The translations under genes were made by a program, and so were the position numbers. This document shows, piece by piece, positions 54,733-63,695 of a stretch of 64,000 nt of DNA. A model generated the notes under the pieces. It saw only the letters and a list, made by a program, of their open reading frames with translations, was not told where the DNA came from and ran no database searches. The stretch lies in assembly GCA_008363385.1 (NCBI GenBank), contig RHKY01000034.1, positions 14,903-78,902 of the forward strand, given 5' to 3'. Numbering within the stretch: position 1 is the stretch's first letter; the number at the start of each line of letters is the position of its first letter. Origin of the DNA: Acidobacteriota bacterium. Its GTDB lineage: Bacteria > Acidobacteriota > Thermoanaerobaculia > UBA5066.

Positions 54733-56598
54733 TCAGTTCACGGCGACGGAGGACCCGGTCGCCAGGGCGCGGATGACGTCGGCGATGGCGCTGGCGGGTT
54801 CCGGGTAGAGGCCTGCCTCCGCGAGGACCCGGCGGCAGTCGTCGCAGAAGGTCGCCTCTCGCAGCTTGCGGTCGAGGCCCGCGCGGTCGGCGCAGAAGTC
54901 GTAGAGGCAGCCCCGGTCCTCCGGGTGCATCACCCGCTCGGGGACGATCCCCCGCTCGCGCAGGCCGTGGAGGAACGTCTCGTACGCCACGAAGGCCGCA
55001 GGGGGGACCGTGGTCACCTCCGCGAGCCCGGCGACGGACGCGATCGCCACGTCGTGGGCCGGGTGCCAGTGAGAGAACCAGCCGTCCGCGAGCGGCCGCC
55101 TCGTGACGAAGACGAGGACCCGCGCCGTCTCGATCCGGAACCAGCTCCGGAGCCTCTCCGCGACGCGCGCCTCCTCGTCCGGCGGCAGCGGCGCCCTCTC
55201 GTCCCAGTCCTGCGGCAGCTCCCCCATCTCGAGCGGCTCGGCGTAGCCCTGGAAGACCGGGCGGCGCGAGGACCGGAAGGCGTCCGCGGACTCCTCGAGC
55301 GCCGCCAGCAGCCCTCTCCCCGACATCGTCAGCGTCCGGAGCGGGCTCTCCTTCAGGATCACCCCGCGCATGGCCCGCCCCTTGAGCGAGTAGTAGACCC
55401 CGGCGTGCCGCATCTTCAGGAGCCTGGGGTCCATGCTCCGCGACACCTCGACGCCGAGGGCGCGGAGGCGGGCGGCAATCGCCAGCACCTCGGGGTCGCC
55501 CCCCGCGTGGAGCCTGAGGCGCTCCGACGTGCGGGTCACGAGCGCCCGGGCGCCTTCGCGGTCCCCCTCCCGGTTCAGCTCCAGCGCCCTCCTGGTGCAG
55601 CGAAGCTCCTCCAGCCGCGCCCGCTCCCGCCGCAAGTCGGCGTCGGCGGGCTGCCGGTCGTTCTCCGCGTGAGAGGCCGCCGTGAACGCCAGCTCCACGG
55701 GCGCGGTCCCGGCCGGCTGGCCCCGCGACAGGAGCTCGAACCGCACCGGCAGCCCGTCACCCGCAGCCGCCGGCGGGAACCGGACGTCGAGCAGGACGGA
55801 CAGCCGCTGCTCGGACACCAGCGAGCCGATCGCCACCCGCGAGGACCCGTCCTCCTGCCGGACCGGGAAGCCGTTCGGGCACTCCACGTCCAGCCCCTCG
55901 GGACCCCGGACGGAGATCTCGGCCTCGGGGATCGCGACGCCGAGAGCCTCGGTCACCTCGTCGGAGACGTACTGCGGGATCTCCTCGGCCGTCGCCACGA
56001 ACCGGAAGTTCCCGCCGCCGGCCTCGGCCATCGCCGAGAGGAGCCCCTCGTCGTAGTCGGCGCCGACGCCGAAGGTCGAGGTCGTGACGCCCGAGACGCG
56101 CCGGTCGGAAGCCTGGCGCGAGATCTCCGCCCGGTCGGTCAGGCCCTGGTTCGCCAGCCCGTCCGAGAGGAGGAGGACGCGAGCCAGCCGCTGCTCCGAG
56201 AGAGAGCCGAAGGCCTCCTGGCACCCCAGCTCCCAGCCCCCGTGCAGGTTCGTCGAACCTCCCGCGGTCACCCTCTCGATCGTCCGGGAGGCGGCGTCGA
56301 CCGCCTGCGGCGAGACGTCGACCGAGGCCTGCAGGACGTCGACCCGGTCGTCGTACACGACGACGGCGAACCGGTCCCCCGGCGAGAGCGACCGGATCGC
56401 CGAGGCGGCCGCCTGCCGGGCCAGATCGAGCTTCTTCCCCCCCATCGAGCCCGACCGGTCGAGGACGATCGACAGGGCGAGCCCCGGGCGCTCGGCGCCC
56501 GGCGCGGCCTCGGGGGCCGTCACCTCCACCCGGACGACGCGGCGGCTGCGCACCCCGGCGCGGACGAGGGAACGGTCGAACCTGGCGCGGAACTCCAT
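54733..56598 (-). CDS. vWA-domain protein with conserved C-terminal Cys4 domain (paralog A)
   Basis: 621 aa. A GGAGG ribosome-binding site precedes the start. The vWA MIDAS motif is LSIVLDRSGSM...LLLSDGLAN...TSTFGVGADYDE. A middle domain follows, then a C-terminal block (HPEDRGCLYDFCADRAGL...ATFCDDCRRVL) with four Cys. Confidence 0.8.
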   Translation of the reverse strand: MEFRARFDRSLVRAGVRSRRVVRVEVTAPEAAPGAERPGLALSIVLDRSGSMGGKKLDLARQAAASAIRSLSPGDRFAVVVYDDRVDVLQASVDVSPQAVDAASRTIERVTAGGSTNLHGGWELGCQEAFGSLSEQRLARVLLLSDGLANQGLTDRAEISRQASDRRVSGVTTSTFGVGADYDEGLLSAMAEAGGGNFRFVATAEEIPQYVSDEVTEALGVAIPEAEISVRGPEGLDVECPNGFPVRQEDGSSRVAIGSLVSEQRLSVLLDVRFPPAAAGDGLPVRFELLSRGQPAGTAPVELAFTAASHAENDRQPADADLRRERARLEELRCTRRALELNREGDREGARALVTRTSERLRLHAGGDPEVLAIAARLRALGVEVSRSMDPRLLKMRHAGVYYSLKGRAMRGVILKESPLRTLTMSGRGLLAALEESADAFRSSRRPVFQGYAEPLEMGELPQDWDERAPLPPDEEARVAERLRSWFRIETARVLVFVTRRPLADGWFSHWHPAHDVAIASVAGLAEVTTVPPAAFVAYETFLHGLRERGIVPERVMHPEDRGCLYDFCADRAGLDRKLREATFCDDCRRVLAEAGLYPEPASAIADVIRALATGSSVAVN

Positions 56599-56616
56599 GC
56601 TGCACCTCCCCCGGTC

Positions 56617-58482
56617 TCAGTTCACGCCCCCGGCCGCGGCGCCCGCGAGCGAGCGGATGACGTCGGCGATCGAGAGGGCCGGCTCCGGGAAGAGGCCCGC
56701 CCGCTCGAGCACCTGGCGGCATTCGTCGCAGAAAGTCGCCGTAGAGAGAGCGCGCTCGAGTCCCTCCCGCGTCGTGCAGGGGTCGTAGAGGCAGCCGCGG
56801 TCCTCCGGGTGCGTCATCTCCTCCGGCACGATCCCCCGTTCGCGCAGCCCGTGCAGGAACGTCTGGTAGGCCACGAACGCCGAGGGGCTCACTCCGCCGG
56901 GGGCGCAGAGCCCCGCCGTGGAGGCGATCGCGACGCACAGGTCCTCGTGCCAGTGCCAGGGCGCGGCGCCGGCGAGGGGCCGCGACGTGAAGACGACGGT
57001 GACGGGGATCTGGTCGGGCCTCCAAAGGACCCGTACCTCGCTGGCGAGGAGGTCCTCGTCGCTGGCGGTCAGTGGCGCCCGCGCATCCGGGGGCTCCGGC
57101 AGCGGCCACTCCACGAACAGGTCCGGGTAGCCTCCGAAGGACTGCACCGGAGCCGCTCGGTAGGCCTCCGCCGCCTCCTCCAGCGCGGGGATCAGGTCCA
57201 GCCTCGCCGTCGTCATCGTCCGGAACCGGCTCCTGATGACGGTCGTGCCCCGGACGGCCCGTCCCTTGATCGAGTAGTAGGCCCCCGCGTGGAGGAGTTT
57301 CCGCGTGACGGGGTTCATCTCGCGCGACACCTTCTCGGCCTCCTCCCCCAGCCGTCCGGAAATCGCCTCCACCTCGGGGTTCCCCGGCGCGTAGAGGAGC
57401 AGCTGCTCGGCCGCCTTCACCGCCACCGCCGCGGCGCCCCTGTAGTCGCCGTCGCGGTTCAGCTCGAGGGCCTTCCTCAGGCTCCGCTTCTCCTCCACCC
57501 TCGCCCGCTCGCGCTGCACCTCCTCGTCGGCGGGCTGCCGGTCGTTCGCCTCGTGCCCGGCCACGGTGAAGACCAGGTCCACGGGCTCGCCCCCGGCAGG
57601 CTCTCCCCGCGAGCGGAGCCCCAGCCGCACCGGCAGGGCATCCCCCTCGGGGGCCTGCGGGAACCGGACGTCGAGCAGGAGCGAGAGCCGCTGCTCGGAG
57701 ACGAGCGAGCCGATCGCCACGTGGAAGGCCCCGTCCACGCGACGCACCGGGAACTCGTTCGGGCACTCCACCTCCAGCCCCTCGGGCCCCCGGACCTCGA
57801 TCTCGGCCTCGGGGAGGGAGAGCGCCAGAACCTCGCTCATCTCGTCGGAGACGTACCGCGGGATCTCCCCGGCCGTGGCGACGTAACGGAAGTTGCCGCC
57901 ACCCGCCTCGGCCATGGACGAGAGGAGCCCCTCGTCGTAGTCCGCGCCGATGCCGAACGTGGAGGTCGTCACGCCCGAGAGGCGCCGCTCCGACGCCCGA
58001 CGGGCGATCTCGCCCCGGTCGGTCAGCCCGTGGTTCGCCAGCCCGTCCGAGAGGAGGAGGACCCGCGCCAGTCGCTGGTCCGAGATCGACCCGAAGGCCT
58101 CGCGGCACCCCGCCTCCCACCCGCCGTGCAGGTCCGTCGAGCCCAGCGCCTCCACCCGCTCGATCGTCCTGGCCGCGGCGTCCACGGACTGCGCCGAGGC
58201 ATCCACGGCCGCCTGCAGCACGTCGACCCGGTGGTCGTAGACGACGACGGCGAACCGGTCCCTCTCCCCCAGCGAGCGGATCGCCGAGACCGCCGCCTCC
58301 CGGGCCAGCTCGATCTTCTTCCCCTCCATCGAGCCGGACCTGTCGAGGACGAGGGAGAGGGCAAGCCTCGGGCGCTCGGCGCCCTGGGCGGCCTCGGGGG
58401 CGGTCACGTCGACCCGGACGACCCGCCGGCTCCGTGCCCCGGCGCGGACGAGGGAACGGTCGGCCCGTGCGCGGATCGGCAT
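56617..58482 (-). CDS. vWA-domain protein with conserved C-terminal Cys4 domain (paralog B, about 70 % identical to A)
   Basis: 621 aa from an ATG preceded by AGGAGG (MPIRARADRSLVRAG...). The architecture matches paralog A (LVLDRSGSM ... HPEDRGCLYDPCTTREGL ... ATFCDECRQVL). The track ORF runs on to 58773 through artefactual sequence. Confidence 0.8.
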   Translation of the reverse strand: MPIRARADRSLVRAGARSRRVVRVDVTAPEAAQGAERPRLALSLVLDRSGSMEGKKIELAREAAVSAIRSLGERDRFAVVVYDHRVDVLQAAVDASAQSVDAAARTIERVEALGSTDLHGGWEAGCREAFGSISDQRLARVLLLSDGLANHGLTDRGEIARRASERRLSGVTTSTFGIGADYDEGLLSSMAEAGGGNFRYVATAGEIPRYVSDEMSEVLALSLPEAEIEVRGPEGLEVECPNEFPVRRVDGAFHVAIGSLVSEQRLSLLLDVRFPQAPEGDALPVRLGLRSRGEPAGGEPVDLVFTVAGHEANDRQPADEEVQRERARVEEKRSLRKALELNRDGDYRGAAAVAVKAAEQLLLYAPGNPEVEAISGRLGEEAEKVSREMNPVTRKLLHAGAYYSIKGRAVRGTTVIRSRFRTMTTARLDLIPALEEAAEAYRAAPVQSFGGYPDLFVEWPLPEPPDARAPLTASDEDLLASEVRVLWRPDQIPVTVVFTSRPLAGAAPWHWHEDLCVAIASTAGLCAPGGVSPSAFVAYQTFLHGLRERGIVPEEMTHPEDRGCLYDPCTTREGLERALSTATFCDECRQVLERAGLFPEPALSIADVIRSLAGAAAGGVN

Positions 58483-58702
58483 GCGGCACCTCCTGCGGGC
58501 CCCTCGCGAGACTCCCCCGGCCCCCTCCGCGAGGCCCCGTGTACAAGGTGAGTCCACACCGGGACAGAAGGTGTCCGTATCTCCCGACCGGCCGCCTCGA
58601 GATTCCCTCTTCCGCCGGGGATGGTCCGATCCGCTACCGGGCGTCGCCGGTCCCTCCCGACACCGGCCACGGGTCGGTCTCGACGGGTGTGAGAATGCCG
58701 CC

Positions 58703-58954
58703 GTGAACCCCAGGAAGCTGCTCGAGCGGGCGCTCCGGTCGCCGCACAACCTTCGATTCGTCGAAGCGTACACATTGGCCGAGGCCTTTGGCTTCCGCCT
58801 TTCTCGCGTCAGCGGCAGCCATCACATCTACACGCATCCCGGCATTCCGGAGCTGCTGAACCTCCAGGAAGTCCGCGGCCAGGCCAAGGCCTATCAGATC
58901 CGCCAATTGCTTCAGCTCGTCGAACGGCATAACCTCGAGATCGGCGGCGCGTGA
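58703..58954 (+). CDS. hicA: HicA-family toxin (YcfA-like mRNA interferase)
   Basis: 83 aa, GTG start: VNPRKLLERALRSPHNLRFVEAYTLAEAFGFRLSRVSGSHHIYTHPG, the HicA fold signature. Confidence 0.75.
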   Translation: MNPRKLLERALRSPHNLRFVEAYTLAEAFGFRLSRVSGSHHIYTHPGIPELLNLQEVRGQAKAYQIRQLLQLVERHNLEIGGA

Positions 58955-59172
58955 TGAACGACTACCACATCAACATCTTCCCGAGCGAGGAGGACGGGGG
59001 CTACATCGCCGACATCCCCGACCTCTCCCATTGCTCGGCCTTTGGCGAGACCCCCGAAGCCGCGCTCGCCGAGGTCCTGAAGGCGAAGCAGGCCTGGCTG
59101 GAGGCCGCCCGCGTCGAGGGGAAGCCGATACCCCCGCCGTCCTTCCGTCCCGCGATCTATCAGGTCGCGTAG
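58951..59172 (+). CDS. hicB: HicB-family antitoxin
   Basis: 73 aa: MMNDYHINIFPSEEDGGYIADIPDLSHCSAFGETPEAALAEVLKAKQAWLEAARVEGKPIP. A 4-nt overlap with hicA. Confidence 0.75.
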   Translation: MMNDYHINIFPSEEDGGYIADIPDLSHCSAFGETPEAALAEVLKAKQAWLEAARVEGKPIPPPSFRPAIYQVA

Positions 59173-59498
59173 GCGGTCCCCCCGCTCGGCCGATCCCTTC
59201 CCCGTCCCGGAAACCGGACACCATCTGTCGGTGCGCGGATTGCATCTTCTTCCGTGACGGCAGGCGCCCGGGGCTCGCGGCTCTCGCCCCCCGGCGCCTC
59301 CGGCGGCGACCTCGGCGTTCTTTGAAGTCCAGGCGGCCCCCCGTTCCCGGGGCCGCCGGCATGAAGAGTGGCGGCGAGAGTTCCGGCTCGCAGACCCGCC
59401 CGCCAGACCGTAGTCCTCGACGGTGGCCCAGCCGGCCCGGCCGAAAGGCCGGGACCCATGCGCGACGGGAACGGACCCTCTCTCGCGAAAGGACACCC

Positions 59499-61016
59499 AT
59501 GCCGCGCAAGGCCCGCCCCCGGGTCTCCCCGCCGCCCCCGGCTCCCGCTCCGGCTCCCGCGCCGGTCCCGCCTCCGGCTCCCGCTCCGGTTCCTGCGCCG
59601 GTTCCCGTGCCGGATCCCGCGCCCCCAGCTGCCCCGGCCGGCCCGCCGCGCGTCCGGTTCCTGCGGCTCCTCGGCCTTCACGGCTGGGACGGGCTCGACG
59701 CGCCCGTCCTGGCCGCGCTCGCCACCGAGTCGCCGCTCCTCCTGATCGGCCCGCACGGCAGCGGGAAGACCATGGTCCTGAACCGGCTGGCCGAGGCGCT
59801 GGGGCTCGTCCACCGCCACTACAACGCCTCGCTCCTCTCCTTCGACGACCTCGTCGGCTTCCCCGTCCCGCGCGACGGCCGGCTCGAGTGGCTGCAGACG
59901 CCGTCCACGATCCACGGCGCCGAGTCGGTCCTCTTCGACGAGGTCTCGCGCTGCCGTCCCGAGGTGCAGAACAAGCTCTTCCCCCTCGTCCACGAGCGGG
60001 TCCTGATGGGCGTGGCTCTGCCTCGCCTCGTCCACCGCTGGGCGGCGATGAACCCGCCGCCGGCCGAGGGGACGGACGAGGGCTACGCCGGCGCCGAGCC
60101 GCTCGACGTGGCGCTGGCGGACCGCTTCGCCTTCGTCCTGAGCGTCCCCTCCCTGGCCGACCTAGGCGCGGAGGACCGTCGCCGGGTCCTGCGTCCCGGG
60201 GCCTTCCGCGCGCGGAGGGCGGGGCGGGCCGTCCGGCGGCTGGTCGCCGCGGCCCGGAGGCACACGCGCCGGCTCGACGCGGCCGCCGGGGACGCCGCGG
60301 CGGAGTACGTCTCCCTCGTCGCCGACAGGCTCGGCGAGGCGGGGCACCCGCTCTCGACGCGGCGGGCGCAGCAGCTCGTGCGGAACGTCGTCTCGGTCCG
60401 CGGCGCCACCGCGGCGCTCGGGGGAGCGGACGACCCCGAGGGGGACGCCCTCACCGCGCTCCGGTCGTCGCTCCCCGACGCGGCCTGGGGCCAGCCGGTT
60501 CCCCCGAACGCCGTCCTCGCCGCCCACCGGATCGCCTGGAACGCGGCGGCGCTCCCTCCCGACTCCGCGAGGCGCCGCCTCCTGACCGCGACCCGCCCCG
60601 AGCAGCGGATCGCGCTGGCCCTCGTGGACGGGATCCCGCGCGACGAGGCGACGCTCGCGCTCGCCGACGCGTACGCGTCGCTCTCCCTCCCGTCCCGCCT
60701 GGTGACGGCGGCGATCCTGATGCCGGTCCTCTCGCGCCGGACGGACCTCCCCGCGATCGCTCTCGAGGCCGTCGCCACGGACTGGGCCCGGCTCGCCGCC
60801 GACGACCGTCCGTACGTCTTCGTCTACGCCTCGGACGGCTGGAAGCGGACGATCCTCTCCACCTACCTGCCCCGCCTCGCGGACGACTCGCCCCGCAGCC
60901 TCGCGCTCTCGGCCGTCGCCGTCGCGCTGGTCCGGGAAGGGACGCGCTTCGATGTCGCCGAGCTCGAGGCCGCCTGGGACCGGACGCGCGCGGCGCTCGG
61001 GGGGAGCCTGCCGTGA
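59499..61016 (+). CDS. MoxR-family AAA+ ATPase with Pro/Ala-rich N-terminal extension
   Basis: About 505 aa, ATG preceded by AAGGA (MPRKARPRVSPPPPAPAPAPAPVPP...). Walker A is LLLIGPHGSGKTMVLNRLAE, Walker B / sensor is ESVLFDEVSRCRPEVQNKLFPLVHERV, and an Arg-finger region follows. The N-terminal part of track ORF 59031..61016 is not coding. Confidence 0.8.
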   Translation: MPRKARPRVSPPPPAPAPAPAPVPPPAPAPVPAPVPVPDPAPPAAPAGPPRVRFLRLLGLHGWDGLDAPVLAALATESPLLLIGPHGSGKTMVLNRLAEALGLVHRHYNASLLSFDDLVGFPVPRDGRLEWLQTPSTIHGAESVLFDEVSRCRPEVQNKLFPLVHERVLMGVALPRLVHRWAAMNPPPAEGTDEGYAGAEPLDVALADRFAFVLSVPSLADLGAEDRRRVLRPGAFRARRAGRAVRRLVAAARRHTRRLDAAAGDAAAEYVSLVADRLGEAGHPLSTRRAQQLVRNVVSVRGATAALGGADDPEGDALTALRSSLPDAAWGQPVPPNAVLAAHRIAWNAAALPPDSARRRLLTATRPEQRIALALVDGIPRDEATLALADAYASLSLPSRLVTAAILMPVLSRRTDLPAIALEAVATDWARLAADDRPYVFVYASDGWKRTILSTYLPRLADDSPRSLALSAVAVALVREGTRFDVAELEAAWDRTRAALGGSLP

Positions 61017-61363
61017 GCCCGCCCGCCCTCCTCCACAACGTCGGGATGCCGTCCGGGACCCCCGTCAACGTCCGGCCCCCGATCCTCGCCGGCCTGGCCT
61101 TCCGCTGGAGCGTGCCGCGCGACAGGATGGTCGCGAAGGCGCGCTCCGAGGCGATCGCGGCGGCGCTGGCGGAGCTCGGCGTCCCCGACCTCGTCGGCGT
61201 CTTCCTGGCCTCGTACCCCGGCACGGCGATCCCCCTCGCCCCCGGGCCGGCGCTCCACGGCCTCTTCCAGCGCCGCTCCGGGCCGCTCTACCTGCCCCAC
61301 CGCCCCCTCACGTCCGCGCCCGCGAGGCGGTACGACCCCTTCACCCTCGTCTTCCCGACCTGA
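61013..61363 (+). CDS. small hypothetical protein translationally coupled to the MoxR ATPase
   Basis: About 116 aa from a GTG overlapping the MoxR stop (GTGA): VSPPALLHNVGMPSGTPVNVRPPILAGLAFRWSVPRDRMVAKARSEAIAAALAELG... The composition is protein-like. Confidence 0.4.
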   Translation: MSPPALLHNVGMPSGTPVNVRPPILAGLAFRWSVPRDRMVAKARSEAIAAALAELGVPDLVGVFLASYPGTAIPLAPGPALHGLFQRRSGPLYLPHRPLTSAPARRYDPFTLVFPT

Positions 61364-61374
61364 GAAAGGTGGCC

Positions 61375-62727
61375 GTGAGCCGATCCGACCTGACCCTCCG
61401 CATCCTCCACGCCGTCCCGTCCGCCGCCTACGAGATGCAGGGGCTCCTCTCGCTCCTGGCAGTGGAGGAGTCCGAGGCCGTCCCCACCGCCGCCGTCTCC
61501 TGCGAGCGGCGGCCCGTCCTGCGCGTCAACCCCCGCTTCGTGGCCGAGCGGTGCCAGGCGCCCGAGCACCTGCTCCTCCTCGTCCTGCACGAGCTCCACC
61601 ACGTCCTCCTCGGGCACACGCGCCTCTTCCCGCGCGCCACCCGCGCCCAGAACGTCGCCTTCGACGCCGTCGTCAACGCCCTCCTCTGCGCCCGCTTCCC
61701 CGACCAGGCCTACACGTCCTTCTTCCTCGGGCTCTACGGAAGGGAGCACGGTCCGCTCCGGCTGCTGGCGCCCCCGCTCGCCGTCCGCGCGCCGGCGCCG
61801 CTGGACGCGCTGCACAGCAGGCTCTACGCGAGCGACGGCGGCGCCACGGCCCGGGAGGTCTACGAGGCGATCGTCCGGGAGGTCGACGCGCTGCCGGACG
61901 GGGAGGGCGGCGACCCGGAGGACGCCCCTCCCCTCCTCGGCGGCCACGGCGACGAGGGAGAGGAGGACTGGGGGACGGCCGGCCCGCTCGCCCGGGACGT
62001 CGTCGACGCCGTCCGCGAGATCGTCGAGCGCTGGCCGGCGCCCGCCTGTCCCGAGCGCGGCCGGAGCCTCACCGACCTCCTGCGGGAGACGCGGGTCCGG
62101 TCCCTCCGGCCTCCCGAGACCGTCCTCTCCGCGGTCAGGCGCGCTCTCGACGCCGCGTCGAACCCGAGGCGGCGCGGCACCCTCCGCGGCGGCGCGGTCC
62201 CCGCGCTCCTCCCCCTCCCGTCCCTCCGCGACCGGCGCGCCTCCGTCCTGCGCCAGTCGGGGAGCGAGCCGCTCTTCTTCGCGGGCGAGACCCGGTCCGC
62301 CGCGGGCCGGCGCGCCGGCTCGACGAGCGTCTACCTCGACGTCAGCGGCAGCATGGAGGGCTACCTCCCCGCTCTCTACGGCGCCTTCCGGGCCCTCCGC
62401 TCGCGGATCGACCCGGACGTGCGGGTCTTCTCCACGCGCGTCTTCCGCGTCCCGCTGGAGCAGCTGGTCGCGGGGAAGTGCAAGAGCACCGGCGGCACCG
62501 ACGGCCGGGCGGCGCTCCTCGACGCCCTCGCGTCCCGGGCCCGCCGGGTCCTTCTCGTGACGGACGGGTACGTCGGCAGGCCGGACCCGGAGCTCGCCGC
62601 CCGCGTCCGCCGCGCCGGTCTCGAGGTCCGCGTCCTCCTGACGCCGGGCGGCTGGCGGGACGACCTCGCGGCCCTGGCCTCGCGCGTCGACGTCCTGCCG
62701 GCCCTGACGGAAGGAGGTGCGGCGTGA
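61375..62727 (+). CDS. HExxH metallopeptidase-like N-domain + vWA domain protein (DUF2201/CoxE-like MoxR partner)
   Basis: About 450 aa from a GTG with AAAGGTGG upstream (VSRSDLTLRILHAVPSAAYEMQGLLSLL). The HExxH motif is LLLVLHELHHVLLGH. The C-terminal vWA/MIDAS is VYLDVSGSMEGYLPALYGAF...VLLVTDGYVG. The start coordinate is good to about 3 nt. Confidence 0.75.
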   Translation: MSRSDLTLRILHAVPSAAYEMQGLLSLLAVEESEAVPTAAVSCERRPVLRVNPRFVAERCQAPEHLLLLVLHELHHVLLGHTRLFPRATRAQNVAFDAVVNALLCARFPDQAYTSFFLGLYGREHGPLRLLAPPLAVRAPAPLDALHSRLYASDGGATAREVYEAIVREVDALPDGEGGDPEDAPPLLGGHGDEGEEDWGTAGPLARDVVDAVREIVERWPAPACPERGRSLTDLLRETRVRSLRPPETVLSAVRRALDAASNPRRRGTLRGGAVPALLPLPSLRDRRASVLRQSGSEPLFFAGETRSAAGRRAGSTSVYLDVSGSMEGYLPALYGAFRALRSRIDPDVRVFSTRVFRVPLEQLVAGKCKSTGGTDGRAALLDALASRARRVLLVTDGYVGRPDPELAARVRRAGLEVRVLLTPGGWRDDLAALASRVDVLPALTEGGAA

Positions 62728-63695
62728 GCGGCCCCCGCCTGCGATTCGCCGAGGCGGTCTGCTCGGGCCACCCCGACCGGCTCGCCGACTCCGTGGCCGA
62801 CCGGATCGTGGACCTCGCCCTCTCGCACGACGGCGACGCGCTGGTGGCCGTCGAGGTCGCCCTCTTCCGGGAGGCGGTCTTCGTGGACGGCCGGATCGCG
62901 GCCGGGGAGACGTGCGACGCCGCCGTGTCGGAGGCGGAGGTCGTAAGGGCGGTGCGGGACGCCTACCGCGCGGCGGGCTACGAGGGGCCCGTGCACGTCC
63001 CCCCGCAGCTGTACGAGCCCGATCCGCACGCCCTCGCCGTCCGGCTCGACCTGTGCCTCGGCCCGCTCGGCCCCGGCGAGCGCGCCACGCGGCTCGTCGC
63101 CGACGACCAGGTGATCGGCGTCGGGTACGCCTGTCGCGGCGAGCGGGCCGGCCTGATCCCGCTCGAGCAGGCCCTCGCGCGCGACTTCGTCGCCGCGCTC
63201 GAGGGCCTGAGGCGGGACCGGCCGGACCTGTACGGCCCCGACGGCAAGGTCCTCGTCGCGGTCCAGGGGCGCCGCCTCCACGCCGTAGCGCTCGCCGTCC
63301 ACCACGCCGTCGAGGCGGACTGGCTCGGCCTCGTCGCCGCCACGAAGCGCGCCTGCCTCGCGGTCGCGGACGAGTACGTCGCATCAGGGGAGCTCGACCC
63401 GCCCGGCGAGGAGGTCCCGTGGCTCTTCAACGGCATGGGGCCTTTCTCCGTCGGCGGGCCGATGGCCGACAACGGCCTCTCCGGCAAGAAGCTGGTCGCC
63501 GAGGCGTACGGCACCTTTGTCCCGGTCGGCGGCGGCACCGTCCACGGCAAGGACCCGAAGAAGCCCGACGTCCGCGCCCAGCGGATCGCCCGCGAGCGTG
63601 CCGTCGCCCTCGTCCGCGCCGGCGCCCCCGAGGCCACCGTCTGGGTCGTCTTCCGCCCCGGCGACACCGATCCCGCCTGGATCGAGGAGGGGTGA
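62724..63695 (+). CDS. archaeal-type S-adenosylmethionine-synthetase (MAT, PF01941)-like protein
   Basis: 323 aa from a GTG (GGAGG upstream) overlapping the previous stop. GHPDRLADSVADRIVDLAL resembles the archaeal MAT N-terminal GHPD motif, and FNGMGPFSVGGPMADNGLSGKKLV resembles its C-terminal Gly-rich loop. The assignment is from motif recall only. Confidence 0.4.
   Translation: MSGPRLRFAEAVCSGHPDRLADSVADRIVDLALSHDGDALVAVEVALFREAVFVDGRIAAGETCDAAVSEAEVVRAVRDAYRAAGYEGPVHVPPQLYEPDPHALAVRLDLCLGPLGPGERATRLVADDQVIGVGYACRGERAGLIPLEQALARDFVAALEGLRRDRPDLYGPDGKVLVAVQGRRLHAVALAVHHAVEADWLGLVAATKRACLAVADEYVASGELDPPGEEVPWLFNGMGPFSVGGPMADNGLSGKKLVAEAYGTFVPVGGGTVHGKDPKKPDVRAQRIARERAVALVRAGAPEATVWVVFRPGDTDPAWIEEG

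Noticed and set aside
54925-58551. 1208-aa plus-strand ORF and the 929-aa minus ORF 55757..58546
   Set aside because: Antisense or alternative frames of the two vWA paralogs. The duplication of the underlying DNA makes these artefact ORFs look internally repetitive.
59031-59498. N-terminal 156 aa of track ORF 59031..61016 (TTG start inside hicB)
   Set aside because: It overlaps hicB in another frame, and the MoxR gene has its own RBS + ATG at 59499.
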